Assembly (NCBI RefSeq): GCF_009914755.1
Contig: NC_060945.1
DNA length: 64,000 bases
DNA from: the human T2T-CHM13v2.0 reference genome, Homo sapiens
Direction: 5' to 3' (one strand)
This document shows positions 1 to 13,469 of the stretch, piece by piece (the stretch's first letter is position 1; each line of letters opens with the position of its first letter). The position numbers were made by a program, and so were the translations under genes. The notes beneath the pieces are model-generated. The model had not been told where the DNA came from and ran no database searches. It saw nothing but the letters and a program-made list of their open reading frames with translations.

Positions 1-56
1 CCCACCTCTGTCTCCCAAAGTGCTGAGATTACAGGCGTGAGCCACCACTCCCGGCC
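1..56 (-). mobile_element. Alu 5' end (cut by window edge)
   Basis: cccaaagtgctgagattacaggcgtgagccacc. Confidence 0.9.
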
Positions 57-121
57 CTATTTGGTTTTTAATTGTCCAAAATAAATTGGAAGAAATACAT
101 TGTTCTTTGTGAGTTAATTAC

Positions 122-366
122 TTAACACTTTGCACTCCCAAGAACTTTCAGAGGTTCAAATGCCTTCAAGGGCCTCACAATTCTAGGGCTAGGCTGGAAT
201 AAGGATATCAAAAGAAATAGCTTCAGAGGCATATGAAAGAGGCATGCTCTTGGGAAGGTATCCAACTTCAGAAATATTTACAACCTTATGAACAAGAGAT
301 ACCAAATGTCCAGTCTGGGCCTATGGTTTTGGCGTTGGTGTTTCGGCTACTTCACCAAAATTAAAC
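122..366 (-). pseudogene. Exon remnant, R6 CNBD beta-roll
   Basis: Acceptor ttcag|; translates FNFGEVAET..GHLVSLVHKVVNISEVGYLPKSMPLSYASEAISFDILIPA*P*NCEALEGI, resembling CNBD FGE+++L...R.A.+.A...+L...D+.EAL. Confidence 0.6.
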
Positions 367-608
367 CTGAATATTTACAGTATCCAGAAAAATAATAGCA
401 ATAAAAATATGATTGTAAATTGAATTCTAAAAACCAAACTCGTTGTGAATCATAACACTCTGCAGAATAAACAATATTATAAATGTATATTTTGTTTTGG
501 CCTTGGTTAGAAAGAAAACACTAATTTTTTAGAAAACTATATACATATTTAGATAGAATAGGCTAAAAGTCTATCCTACACAAATTTCAAATTTAAATAC
601 ACTGCTAC

Positions 609-853
609 TCAGAACTAACAATATCAGCCTCATTTTATATCTCAAAAGGGATGTGAGCTATAAATAAAAGAAGAATATTATGTTGCCCACACAGTGTCAA
701 TTGCACTTGGCAGAGTTTGCTACCATCTCTTTTCACTGGGAGACTTAACAGAGATATAAAGATTTTGCAGTGTCCATAGTTCTGCAGGTGGTTCCTCTCC
801 TCTAAATCTCTGATCTCATCTACATAGTAGCTTTCCAAAGGGAGAATGAAGTT
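609..853 (-). pseudogene. Exon remnant, R6 C-linker
   Basis: Acceptor tgacag|; frames give NFILPLESYYVDEI / *DQRFRGEEPPAELWTLQNL / QTLPSAIDTVWAT*YSSFIYSSHPF; overlaps ORF 635..838. Confidence 0.55.
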
Positions 854-902
854 CTGTCAATTTTAACACAGAGGATAATAAAACAGCTAAGCCCACTTAA
901 AA

Positions 903-1373
903 AATTTTTTTCCATAGGTTATTGGGGTACAGGTGCTATTTGGTTACATGAGTAAGTTCTTCAGTGGTGATTTGTGAGATTTTGGTGCACCCATCACCCA
1001 AGTAGTATACACCACACCCTATTTGTAGTCTTTTATCCCTCACCCCCTTCCATCCATTCCCCCCAAGCCCCCAAAGTCCACTGTGTTATTCTTATGCCTT
1101 TGTGTCCTCATAGCTTAGCTCCCACATATCAGTGAGAACATATGATGTTTGGTTTTCCATTCCTGAGTTACTTCCCTTAGAAGAATAATCTCCAATCTCA
1201 TCCAGGTCGCTGCAAATGCCCTTTATTCATTCCTTTTTATGGCTAAGTAGTATTCCACTGTATATATATGCCACAGTTTATTTATCCACTCGTTGATTGA
1301 TGAGCATTTGGGTTGATTCTATAATTTTGCTATTGCAAATTGTGCTGCTATAAACATGCATGTGCAAGTATCT
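903..1373 (-). mobile_element. L1PB-type 3' end
   Basis: Antisense L1 3'UTR and ORF2 end; flanked by cttaaaaaa. Confidence 0.85.
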
Positions 1374-1617
1374 TAAAAAACAACAACTTCATGCCGTATT
1401 ATTGTTCATTTGACATCAAGCTCTATAACATTCTATACTTTCTAAATGAAGCAATGCTGAATAAATTATTCATTTTTGTTGGCCAAAAAAATGTTTTCAG
1501 ATTCTAGCTAAAAATCCAATTCACTAGCACTTTAAAAACCTGACAGAGGAAACCCAGACCCCTATTTATAATTAAGACTGAAGAGTCACCTGCTACTCAA
1601 CATATCCACACACAAAC

Positions 1618-1981
1618 TCCTTATCTTTGCCCCATTAAGCCTTTTCCTTCATCATAAATTCTTTAGAAGTTACTGAAGGTGCAGTTTAAATAATCATCCA
1701 TGACATATGTTGTGATTGCCCTGATTACAAGATCTTCTACTTCTCTCTCTTTTGAAACTTTCTAGTATTTGTCTGCAATATTCAGATCCTTCATTTTATG
1801 ATAATCATTTGTACATGTTTACCAACTCTGATGTCATTGTAAATTCCAAAAAGATGGGCGGTATTGTATTTCTTAACTATTTTACTAAGGAAATAGATAA
1901 AAGGATACTTATGATGTGTTCCCAGCTATCAAGAAACCAAGAAGTCCAGCTTCTTAGTGTTCCACAGAGCACCTTACATAT
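1618..1981 (-). pseudogene. Exon remnant, R6 turret-pore-S6
   Basis: Acceptor ttttacag|; ICKVLCGTLRSW (turret), TMTS at 1829-1840 then VG at 1821-1826 after a frameshift (cf. TMTSVGYGD), EREVEDLVIRAITTYVMDDYLNCTFSNF (S6-like). Confidence 0.55.
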
Positions 1982-2324
1982 CTGTAAAATTTGAGTTTTT
2001 TATTAAAAAAATGGGATTCTTAGCCCATAACAATAGCTGTAAAAAAATGCAGACAGTGAAATTTTTTAATTTATTGGACTTCATTTGAAGACATCATTTT
2101 TTAAAACCCACCAAAATGACAGCATAAAAAGGAGCAAGGGCAATGAATTAATACTGTGAATTGTATTAATATATTTTTAGAAACAAAGGATAACTGTAGT
2201 AAATAATAACATTGCAGGTTCTGTTTTCTTGATTTGTTTTTTGTTTTTAAAATAACTAAGCAATTAAAAGGAACACATTTTAATATTAATAACATTATTT
2301 GTGGTTAAGGGATGCAAAAATGAT

Positions 2325-2580
2325 TACAAAGAATAAATCAGATCTAGCATTTGACAGCACAACAGGGTGACTATAGTCAATAATAAGTTAATTGTACCTG
2401 AAATAATAACTAAAAGTATAATTGACTTGTTTGTAACACAAAGGATAAATGCTTGAGGTGATGGATGCCCCGTTTACCCTGATGTGTTTATTACACATTG
2501 TATGTCTGTATCAAAATATCTCATATACCCCAGGAATATATGCAACTACTATGTACCCACAAAAATTAAAAATTTTAAAA
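2325..2580 (+). mobile_element. L1MA-type 3' end
   Basis: acagcacaacagggtgactatagtcaataat...tatgtacccacaaaaattaaaa. Confidence 0.85.
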
Positions 2581-2751
2581 ATGACTTAAATTTCAGGAGT
2601 AGAAGTGCTCTATTCTCTCCCCTTGAGTGGGAAAGTCTAATTTGACATTTTAAAATTACCGTTTATTTACTGAAAATAAAAATAAAAGTTCAAACTAAAA
2701 AATTAGTTAGATTAAGTAAAATATTTCATATTAACTAAAATAGGTACTTAC

Positions 2752-2917
2752 CAAATAATGCAACTGTATATTACAATGTGCAGTTCATACTTTTTCACTG
2801 TTTTAATATTTAAATACAAGTAAAACTGTAAGTTGTCACAAAGAATGATAGAATTGAAGTAAGTCAAGTTCTGTTTCTTCGTGTTTACAATGTGCTGCCA
2901 TTATTTATTTTGATCCA
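2752..2917 (-). pseudogene. Exon remnant, R6 S4-S5
   Basis: Acceptor ttctatttaaacag| and consensus donor |gtaagt; one frame with a single stop: DQNK*WQHIVNTKKQNLTYFNSIILCDNLQFYLYLNIKTVKKYELHIVIYSCII. Confidence 0.55.
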
Positions 2918-2974
2918 CTGTTTAAATAGAAGAATATGTGTTACCATGGTAGTTAGAGAGAGAACTGCACCCAC

Positions 2975-2976
<2 letters not shown>

Positions 2977-3011
<35 letters not shown>
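2977..3011. repeat. (TG)n microsatellite
   Basis: Direct observation. Confidence 0.97.
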
Positions 3012-3014
<3 letters not shown>

Positions 3015-3079
3015 AGGGAGAGGCAAATCTATCCAAAGAATATTCCAAAGTAACTTTCATATAGAATATAACATTCATC

Positions 3080-3500
3080 AAAGGTTAAGTAATAAAACAT
3101 TGCCAATGGGAAGCTCACATCCATGTTATTAAAACCCAACAGTTACTACAACGATCTTTTAGAATTTAGAGATCTTTTTCTGGCAGGAGTATTTTACCAT
3201 GGTATTGCTTAGAGTCTGCTGATGCCTGGTGATAATAAAAAGCAGACTGACTTTAGTGAGTTTTATTGCTGTTTTCAAATCTTTCCATACAGGGAATTTC
3301 TTGATCCCAGCCCCACCCACACTATTCCACTGCCTGAAACCTGCCATCCTTAACTGAGATCAGGAATGTTCAAAGACCTAGCAACAGGCCTCATCAAGTT
3401 ATTTTATGGCAGTGATCACAGTGGTGACTGTTAATCATTGGCAGAGTTACCCTTTGCAAAGTACACAGAGGCTTCTTTTTAAACCACTTTCCAGTTTAGC
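3080..3500 (-). pseudogene. Possible exon remnant, R6 S1-S3
   Basis: KDLKTAIK (cf. D+..FRT), NMDVSFPLAMFYYL (cf. S3 D++++P+); boundaries unclear. Confidence 0.3.
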
Positions 3501-3639
3501 ACACTAAATGAGGATGTTTGTTTGGAATGTTACCACAAACAGATTTAAATGGTTTTCCTATGATACTATGAATTTTCTTTTAATGCTCAAATGCATACAA
3601 GTTCTTAGCTGTCAAATTAACAAGATAATTCCTTCTCTT

Positions 3640-3930
3640 TTCACTTGCTGTAGTAATAGCAGTATAATTAGGAGTGCAGCTCCAGAAGAGACTGTTTAAC
3701 TCCTCAGCTCCTCGGTCAAAGCTTATTTCTTTTCCCCAGTTTCACAAACTATGAGCAGTGGGGTCTCGGACAAATTTCCCAACATTTAAAACGCGTGGTA
3801 AAATGATTACAGTAGTACTTGCTTTCATAGAATGGTTGCAGGGATTAAATTAGATAATTTGTGTAGAGTAGGTCTCACACTATCTGAGATACTGAATGAC
3901 AAAACATGCAAAATTGTTCGCTCCTGCTAT
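3640..3930 (+). mobile_element. MIR, degenerate
   Basis: MIR core and tail-like ggttgcagggattaaattagataat. Confidence 0.5.
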
Positions 3931-3948
3931 TATTAAAATAGAATAATC

Positions 3949-4347
3949 TGAGAAAAGAAAAATAGCTCAGAGCAGTCAGATATGTAAAGTACGCAAACTT
4001 TATCAGGCTTGGAGAGACATGAGTTCATACAAGTCATCCATGCCCAGGGGACAAATGTTTAAAGGCATCTTATTCCCAGCTAGCTGCTTATGTTCATGTT
4101 CTTGGAGTTTGTGATACAAAGAATAATGTACAGCCAATCAATAGCTTATGTTATTTTAATGTAAATTCTTGGTAAACAACATAGAAGTTGCCTCCTTTTC
4201 CCCCTTAAAAACCCACATGTAACTGCTGCTAATCAAAGTGTATATTCAGGGCACTTAATTCTGTGCCTAGTGGCCACCCTCAAGCTTTGGCTCAGAGAAA
4301 CTCTGTACGTGATGGTATTTTCTGAATCTGATTATTTGAGGTTGACA
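3949..4347 (+). mobile_element. ERV solo LTR (LTR47-like)
   Basis: TG...CA ends; tgagaaaagaaaaatagctcagagcagtc start and gaggttgaca end. Confidence 0.65.
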
Positions 4348-4879
4348 TGATAAATCAAACCAAAGTATCTGACCTCCCCCAACCTCTCACCTCTCCCTAA
4401 ATGCTACATTGCTGCTACCACAAAGAGGGGTAAATTGCAGAATTTTTCCGCCATTCTTTGCTCTCTTAGTTTTTAAAAATCTTTTAAATTTAATCTCTCA
4501 TATCTTCATTTGTCATTCCAAACTGGAAATAATTTTGTGTGGTGTCACAGTATAAAACATTAACCATTTTGCCAATGAAATATTACCATTTCTAGATTTT
4601 TTAAAATCTGACATCTCAACCATTTAAGTTTTGGGGACCCATTTCAAGTTAAGGACTCTATTCATTTAAGAAAAATTTTTTTAATGCCAAGGTAGACTAG
4701 TACCAAGTTAAATCTCAAAAACTAACCATATCCTGGTATTATAAGGAGCTGCCTGCAAGAAAAATATTTTTCTAATCCAAAAACTTTCAGAATAAGTGGA
4801 ATATGAACGTGAACATGGCAGTAAGCCAAAATTTCCATCAATGCATAATGAAACCAAAGGAGATATCAAACCCAAAATT

Positions 4880-5040
4880 CTTTACTTAGGAAAAAAAAAC
4901 GCTCAACTTGACACCAATAAAAGGTTACAACCTTTTCAAAAGCAAAAAGCTTTTCAAAAAGCCCTTCACAAAGTTATCAAATGAGATACTGGATTATTTG
5001 AATATGGTGACAGAGGGAAACATTTTGATCGGCTGATCAG
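4880..5040 (-). pseudogene. Exon remnant, R5 distal CNBD
   Basis: Acceptor tttgttttcag|; DQPIKMFPSVTIFK*SSISFDNFVKGFLKSFLLLKRL*PFIGVKLSVFFS, cf. L..G.+FGE+++++. Confidence 0.4.
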
Positions 5041-5148
5041 CTGAAAACAAACTCATTACACTCCCACCTCACCAACTAGTTTAAAGTCAGGAAAAAAAAA
5101 AGGTTATTAGCAACTGGAAACTTTTTCACAAAAATATATGCCTATTGT

Positions 5149-5416
5149 CTTGGTGCGGTGGCTCATTCCTGCAATCCCAGCACTTTGGGAGGCTAAGGCA
5201 GGAGGGTTGCTGGAGCCTAGGAGTTTGAGACAAGCCTGGGCAACATAGTAAGACCTGGTCCCTACAAAAAAATTGAAAAATTTGCCAGGTGTGGTGGTGT
5301 GTGCCTGTAGTCCCAGCTACTCAGGAGGCTGAGCCTGCAAGGAGGCTGAGCCTGCAAGATGGAGGCTGCAGTGAGTCATAATTGTGCCAGTGAACTCCAG
5401 CCTGGGTGACAGAGCT
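5149..5416 (+). mobile_element. AluJ with internal tandem duplication
   Basis: Alu consensus; ggaggctgagcctgcaa present twice. Confidence 0.9.
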
Positions 5417-5555
5417 GTCATATACATATATACATATAATATTATATAATTTTATAATATAATAATATAGATCCATAATAATATAGATCTATATTAAAAC
5501 ATCAATATTAAAACAATAATGTATATTGACTCAGTTGTTATCAAATTCAACTTAC

Positions 5556-6240
5556 ATAGTACCTTATAAATGTTTTATGAAAGTAAATACCAGTCTGTAA
5601 ATATTTTTTCCTAAATTTGTAAATAAATTGTATTAAATCTTTAGTACGTAGGTTTTATTGGTTAATTCTAATAATTCTGCATTAAAGACTGGTATTAAAG
5701 CAGTATTTCAGTATTTTTCAAATCAAACACTCAAGATACATGTATTTCAGTCACTCTATTCATGTTCTCCTAGCTCGCTCTGGAGAAAAGAAAATATTTA
5801 AAATATGTCTTCAGCTCATTTTCACATTCAACTGATTTCATCCAACCTCTGGCTAAGTAGGAAATATGTGCCAGATTAAAGTTTGATGATCAGCAATTTT
5901 TTTTCTATACTAACATTTTTTTCTGCTTACAGAACACTGTTCTATCATTTTCAGTACATTTCACAGAGGATCACATAGGCAAATTTAGATGTCCTTAATG
6001 TTCACTTATTTCTGCATACAAAAGTCAATCAGATATCTAGTTACCTTATGTTCCAAATAAAAATATGTTCCAATATATTGATGTTGAAAGAAAGAAGAAA
6101 GGATTACATGGAGCATTTTTGATGTCACCTTGAAGAAATTGTCATACACCATCTGCTGGTTTATTGAGCATACATAATAGCAATGTTGATGAATTCTTCT
6201 TTAATAAATGATACATATTGACATAACCACCAAATATATC
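5556..6240 (-). pseudogene. Exon remnant, R5 S5-pore-S6-C-linker-proximal CNBD
   Basis: Acceptor ggtcattag|, donor |gtaagt; IYLVVMSICIIY...FFFLSTSIYWNIFLFGT*GN*I (pore helix S+YW and filter), AEKNVSIEKKLLIIK, LSQRL, AEDIF*IFSFLQSEL. Confidence 0.6.
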
Positions 6241-6914
6241 CTAATGACCAGAAACATATCAAGGTGACTAGAAATGGATCCAGCTTAAGTTATCCATGTG
6301 TATTTTGAATCTGTGAAGTGACTAATACTCTAAATAATCTATTTTGTGCTATGCTTCATTTATAAAGACTTGTAAGTGCGCCTTTCAATCTAGCTCACAA
6401 AAGAGGTTCATGGTCTTCTTTGTCTTCATTGTCTCTGTGGGCTGTCTTCTGAGAATTCTTACCCCATTAAGAATATACAGGCTGAAGAGGTCAGTCTACT
6501 AGCATGTCAAAAATAATTTAGAAACCATTCTCTCTGTTTTATGCCTTGATTGACCAACATGAACGTGTTGGGAAAATTACACCTATAGCCTATAAATGGA
6601 AATTATTCCATAAATCATTGAGATCAAAGTCTTCAATAACTTCCAAACAAAAAAGAAATGAAACATGACTTATTAAGCAGAAAAGCTGGGAGTTCAAATA
6701 TGGGTAAAGAGGAGGGAGGAAGTTTGCTATATAATTAATAAGTAATTAAAAATAAAGGAGACTTTTATGAATCATGTGAGAGAAAATCATGGAATACTTC
6801 AGAATCACAATTTTAGAACTTAGCTTATGAATGGATCCATAAACTGAAAGACTCAAATGAAAATGGAAATACTCAGTCAATCATTGGATCACTGGTATTG
6901 TGGTATGCTTTACA

Positions 6915-7550
6915 GTTGACAGTATTAGAGTTTGGTTCAGGAACTGGAAATCACTTAGGTATTTTAAGCAGGAAAGAAATCAGATCAATAATTATAAATT
7001 GTGTAAAATCCTTGGAAGAACTGGAGACCTGAAGGCAGGGCTGGGCCTCCAGGTCTGACCTTTGCTAGATTCAGGAAGATGGAGAATCAAGGATAGCTGA
7101 TGAAGCTCTAGAGTTTAAAGAAAAGGAAAAAATGCCTCCACTGCTGTGCCGCAAGGATTAAAAAGCAACTGCCAGAGTAACTCCCTCAGGAATGGAGCAC
7201 TTACCCCATGAGACCAGCTGCCTCCTCAGGACAATTTCTTCCTGACACCTTTGAAACTTACGGATGAGTTTTTCTGCTACGCATGAACTCTACTTCTCAG
7301 CTCCGCCTGCTAGCAGAACACAACATCGAGCAACCAAGAGATGGTCTCTGGCTCCTTTCTGGATTCCTAAGCTCTGGCATCCACATTGGCATCCACAATA
7401 AGTTCAAAAAATTGAACTTATTTTAAATACATAATGATAGATGAATGAGAGCCTGGGTATCGTAGTTTGGTCTTCAAGCCTTTGCAATACAGAAAGGCCC
7501 ACTTTCAGAAAGCCAGCAAGTTGGATATTTGCACCAGTCAACCACATTCA
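6915..7550 (-). mobile_element. Old MaLR LTR (MLT1-like)
   Basis: Degenerate MLT1-type termini. Confidence 0.4.
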
Positions 7551-7690
7551 TTATTATTTACAAAGTCTTTTCATGGTCACAGTGCTACATACTCTTCATA
7601 AAAACAAATTCGAATAGATGGTGTTATTCCCATTTTACAGAGGAGGAAATTTACAGGTTGAAGTTGTACCATGTCTAAAATTACATATGA

Positions 7691-8030
7691 GGCCAGGCCT
7701 GGTGGCTCCTGCCTATAATCCTAAGCCCTTTGGGATGCCAGGGTAAGAGGATCACTTGAGGCCAGGAGTTTGAAACTAGCCCAGGCAACATAGTGAGGCC
7801 CCCGTCTCTACAAAAAAATTTTTAAAAAGAAATTAGCTGGGAGTGGTGGTGTGTGCCAGCAGTCCTAGCTACTTAGAAAGCTGAGATGGAAGGATTGCTT
7901 GAGTCCAGGAGTTTGAGGTTACGAATCTCTTCATAGACTGCTGTGATTACATAGTTATGATTGCACCACTGCACTCCCGCCTGGGTAACAGAGTGAGACC
8001 CTATCTCTGAAATAAAAGTAAAATAAAATA
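7691..8030 (+). mobile_element. AluJ
   Basis: Alu consensus with A-rich tail. Confidence 0.9.
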
Positions 8031-8154
8031 ACTTGAAATAAGGTGCTAGAATCAGTAACTTAATAACACAAATTTGCTTTGAAATCCTCCTATTACTACT
8101 ACACTGCTTCTACATGTATTTGCTAAGTAAAGCCAGTATGTTTCTTGGTTATCA

Positions 8155-8500
<346 letters not shown>

Positions 8501-8539
8501 CAGATCTATTTAGTTAAAACGTAACAAAGGAAGACGATT

Positions 8540-8890
8540 ACCATGGTTGAATGTTGGTGTACCCCCATAATTTATATGTTAATCCTAACCCCCAATGTAA
8601 TGGTATTTGAAGGTAGGGCCTTTGGGTGATGATTAGGTCATGAGAGTGACGCCCTTATGATAAGGATCCGTGACCTTATAAAAGGGACTCCAGAGAGCTA
8701 GTTAGTTCCTTCTGCCATGTGAGGACACATCTAGAAGTACCAGAAAGTGGGCCCTCGCCAGACACTAAATTTGCTGGAACCTTAATCTTAGACTTCCCAA
8801 CCTCCAGAACTGTGAGGAATACATTTCTGTTGTTTACAAGCTACTCAGTTTATGGTACTTTGTTATTGTAGCCCAAATGGACTGAGACAA
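8540..8890 (+). mobile_element. MLT1A/B LTR
   Basis: cctaacccccaatgtaatggtattt...gcccaaatggactgagaca. Confidence 0.85.
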
Positions 8891-9142
8891 CCATCCAGTA
8901 AAAAACAGCATCTACCTCTATAATAAATATAAAAAGTTATATTCTAAAATGGAATAACAATGGGTTTATTGAATCAAAGACATTGATTGCCTAAAATTCA
9001 TTACCCAAAGAGGTAGTTGGGTATCAAAATTCCTGATATAGGGGAAATGTTCACTGTATAATAGCTTTAAATGACAGAAATTATGGAATGCTATACAGTG
9101 TTCTTATTATTTGTTAATTTTTAAAAAGATTCAACATTAATG

Positions 9143-9360
9143 TTTTTCTTGGAGACAGGGTCTCGCTCTGTTGTCCAGGATGCAGTACAGTAGCATGGTC
9201 GTGGCTCACAGAAACCTTGAACTCCTGGGCTCAATCAATCCTCCCACTTCAGCCTCCCAAGTAGCTGGGACCACAGGGGTGCATTACTATGCCTAGCTAA
9301 TCTATTTTGTAAAGGCAGGATCTCCCTATATTGCCAGGCTGGTCTTGAACTCCTGGGCCA
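9143..9360 (-). mobile_element. AluJ, partial
   Basis: Antisense Alu. Confidence 0.85.
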
Positions 9361-9400
9361 CTGTACAGTATTATCTTAGCTTAGAAAAAATATATGAAGA

Positions 9401-9745
9401 CTACATCAAAATTAAATAAGTAACTCTGGATGATGGCATTTTGAGTGCCTTTATTTTTTTCATTACTCCATCTTCCAAACTATCATATTTGAATTTTTTA
9501 AAGCAATAAATAGTACCCTTAAGAAAAAGTAAAAACTTTTTTAAGAGAATTAAAGCATTTAGAAATAATAGCCAAAGGGCAAGCATAGATAGAGGTATGG
9601 TAGGTAGGTTATCAAAATAAAAATAGTTGAAGATAAAGTTTTTAAAAGTGTGATTCATATTAAGAAGGAAAGGAGAAAATGTTCTCAACCGTCTCCGCAT
9701 GTTTTTTAAGCAAAATCCTAGGACTATTAAAGATTCTTGACACAT
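9401..9745 (-). pseudogene. Exon remnant (still open, 114 codons), R5 S2/S3-S4-S5 start
   Basis: Non-repeat ORF: NFIFNYFYFDNLPTIPLSMLAL matches S3 (F++D+++.+P+), followed by S4-like LNALILLKKFLLFLK and linker CFKKFKYDSLEDGVMKKIKAL. Confidence 0.65.
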
Positions 9746-9925
9746 ACAGGAGAGTCAGATTGTATTTCAAATAGATTTATTTTCTTTTTAAATCATGAAA
9801 TATCACTTATATTTATTAGTTTAAAAATCCATTTTATAAACACAAATTCTCTGATAATTAATAAAACTAAAGCTATACATGAGCTATAGACAGTGTTTGT
9901 CCTCAGTGAATATCTTAATTGACTC

Positions 9926-10230
9926 ATTTTGTTGTTGTTGTTTTAGCAACAGTGTCTTATTCTGTCACCTAGGCTGCAGTGCAGTGGGGTGATCATAGCT
10001 AACTGCAACCTCAAACTCCTGGGTTCAAACACTCCTCCCACTCTAGCCTCTGGAGGAACTGGGACTATAGGCACGCGCCACCAGGCCCAGCTAGTTTTTC
10101 AATTTCCTGTAGAATTGAGGTCTTGCTCTGTTGGCCAGGCTGATTCGGAACTCCTGGCATCAAGCAATCGTCTCTCCTCGGCCTTCCAAAATGCTGGGAT
10201 TACAGGCATAAGCCACCATGCCAACTGGCT
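9926..10230 (-). mobile_element. AluJ
   Basis: Antisense Alu. Confidence 0.9.
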
Positions 10231-10996
10231 TATTTATTCTTAATCTTAAATTTATTGAGTATATAATCATTCAAACAATTTTAAAATCATATTCACTCTT
10301 GAATTTTTAAAACATCTGCCACAGGTGGGAGAAATGTAATCCAGCTTCTCATTTTCCAAACCCATTGTAATTTAGCCTCTAAAATAAAACCCTTAAAAAT
10401 CTGAACAAGTAATCAGTATTGCTTAACTGAAAAATGATTGATCATGATTAGTTATTGAATAAGTTTCATTTGTATTTGTTTGGTATTGGTTTCGCTCACT
10501 GGATGAGATTATTTAGTAAGCAAATAAAACTTTGAAATTTTTACAACTGTTGGTGAAATCTCTTTATAGATTGTGAAACATCTGTTTAATTCTCATTTGG
10601 TGGTATAAGGTACTCAAAGATGAATCAGTAACAAGGAATTCTTTACTCATGTTTTAACTTCTAACAAAACAAAATTGTGTAACCATCCAAGAGGAATCTA
10701 GAAATACTTGTTGAATTAATATGTCTATAGATCACCAACATTAATGATTTCTGTATAGTCTGGTTATGAGGCTACCCTATGTTTTCATCATCTGGATTTT
10801 TTCTTTCTAACTTCAAATATTATTTTTGAAATAAACCTCAGATGCTAAAGTGAATAAAATAAATAAAATAAAAGTGAAACCCTGTACATTTGAAGTACAG
10901 AACTTTATCTTAAATACATAGAAATGATACCTTTGTTTTAATGCCAATAAACTAGAACTAGAATAACACATTTATTTTCTTCTGGATTTTGAAACA

Positions 10997-10998
<2 letters not shown>

Positions 10999-11031
<33 letters not shown>

Positions 11032-11043
11032 TACACACACACA
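10999..11043. repeat. (CA)n microsatellite
   Basis: Direct observation. Confidence 0.95.
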
Positions 11044-12360
11044 TGCATATAAATAACTCTGGCTCAGATAATGTGATTTTTAAAAGCATGCCAATTTGGT
11101 TGTGAATTATTACACCAGTAAGATATAATTAGAGAATCATTTATTTCCTTCATAAGTATACTGACATTAATAACGCTACTCCTCAAATGACCTTTCAGAC
11201 TTCACCTCTGGACCACAGCCCATCATGCTTTGCATTGTGTTATTGATACACTGGTACTAAATTAAACTCAGATTTAAGGAGCTATCTTGAAGAAATCGGC
11301 AAATACTGTACGTGAATACAAACTTGAATATCCATGGATAATTTATAGCTTCTTACGTCAAATGTTGATGGAAAGCATTTGAGAATAGATTGTGGATTAA
11401 GCAGGGATGACATTTCAAGTGGACTGAATGGGGATTAGCTGCTACTGTTCTGGAATCTCAGGCCTATGGAATGCTAGCCTGCTAGACTGTTCCACTCACA
11501 CATACTAGCTCAACAACAGATCTCGTAGCTATCGGTGCCACTCATCCCCAATAGCCGATGCCCTTCTAGTGGCATCTCCATCTCTGTTTCCCAATTGCTC
11601 ACTTTTTCTCCCCAAAATATATTCCGATCCTTTTCAAAAATAATTCTGTATTTTCCCAAGCTTAGCGGTCTCCTCTCTGACTTCTCTATTCAGACATTAC
11701 TGTATTCTATATGTCTATTCAGAAATATATTCTCTATTTAGACATTAGCCCAGACATTCTTGGTAAATGATTTGTAGTCTCTATTACTACTATTAGTGAC
11801 AGCATTGAAAATCTAGTTGGCCACAGAAGGCACTCATACCATAGTCAACACTGCATCAGTACTCACGTCATTTATTGTACTTAACTATCTGGGCTCATTT
11901 TTTGCCATCACTCTCCACCGCCAACCTCCCCCAAGTTATGAACAGACTGTATTTGCAAGTAGTCTTTATGTATTTAGGGAAAGCAAGCAGATTTGACTAT
12001 TGCCCAAAAAAAGTACTGTAATGCTAATCTACTATGAAATTATGTCATGACCAACACAGAGAATACAGGGATTCCTTTATTCATTGTTTTGGGGAAAACC
12101 TATATTTGTTTAGAATCATGAAATTTTCATATTGGGAAAGAAGTTGTTCCTTATGTGGTCATAATTAAGAGATGTCAGTATTAACGGACCCAGACACAGG
12201 GATGTTCATGTGAATTTGAATCAGGTAATGGGCATAGGCAGATGTATACTAAATAAAGAATTTAATTTTGGTTAACAGTCACTAAGTACATCTTCCTTAA
12301 CTTTTCCCTCATTTTTTTCTCATTTATTTAAATTGTCCTATCTTAAAAACCCAAAGTGGC

Positions 12361-12668
<308 letters not shown>

Positions 12669-13045
12669 ACACCAAAGTGGCTAGTGGGATATGATCAGGG
12701 AGTGGTGAGATGGGAGGAGAGTGGATTTTGACAGGTTTTTGTGGATTATGAGAAGTGGTAGAAGAATTGAAGCTTCTGCTGTCCCTGTCAGACCAAAGGA
12801 GTAGGAGGAGTTCCTGCTGTGAACTGAGAAGCTGGTGATTTTATCTCAAACGCAGCCAAGCTCTTTCAAAGTAAGAATCAGTAACTGTTTATATAAAGGG
12901 CAGGATTGCCCAACTGCAATCTGTTTGTGAGATGGGTGTTAAAATGCTTTGGGGCACCTCCCACTACTCCTGATTATAGGGAATTAGGTTAGCATTGTTG
13001 AGGGTAAGGGTTTGAGGACGGTGCTTGACACCTACCTCCCCACAC

Positions 13046-13267
13046 CTTTCAGAGGTGTATATCAGTAATACAGAGGAACTGTCAAAAATACAAGAAATCA
13101 ACTAAATCAATTACGATCCTGAAGTTGCATTGTTATGTGCTTACTAACAGTGAGAACATTTTGTTGGAAAAAATAGTATAAAGTATACTAACCTAAAAAT
13201 GCTACTAACACTTTGATCCAGAGATGATACAAAAATATTTTACAACTGGTATGGCATAAACAATGAC
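13046..13267 (-). pseudogene. Exon remnant, R5 S1-S2
   Basis: Acceptor ttttaatag|, donor aag|gtgtgg; VIVYAIPVVKYF...RIVIDLVDFLYF*QFLCITDIHL*K (S2 DI+L motif). Confidence 0.5.
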
Positions 13268-13469
13268 CTATTAAAATGAGCACAGACCAGACTGTTGGGA
13301 AAAGGGCTCTAGAGGTCTGCTGATACAGGGAAGGGGCTGAGATGAACAAGGTGTTAACATGTACTTCACTCTTTAACAACTGGCACAGACGAAACCTTGT
13401 GTATACTACCCGAATATTAGCCCTGCCTTTTCCTAATTTGTGTATACTACCTGAATATTAACCCTGTGG

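Noticed and set aside
4430-4870. S2-S3-like motifs (LVSLCIDG, LGTSLPW)
   Set aside because: Ambiguous; competes with the 3080-3500 assignment and could be post-CNBD linker or chance.
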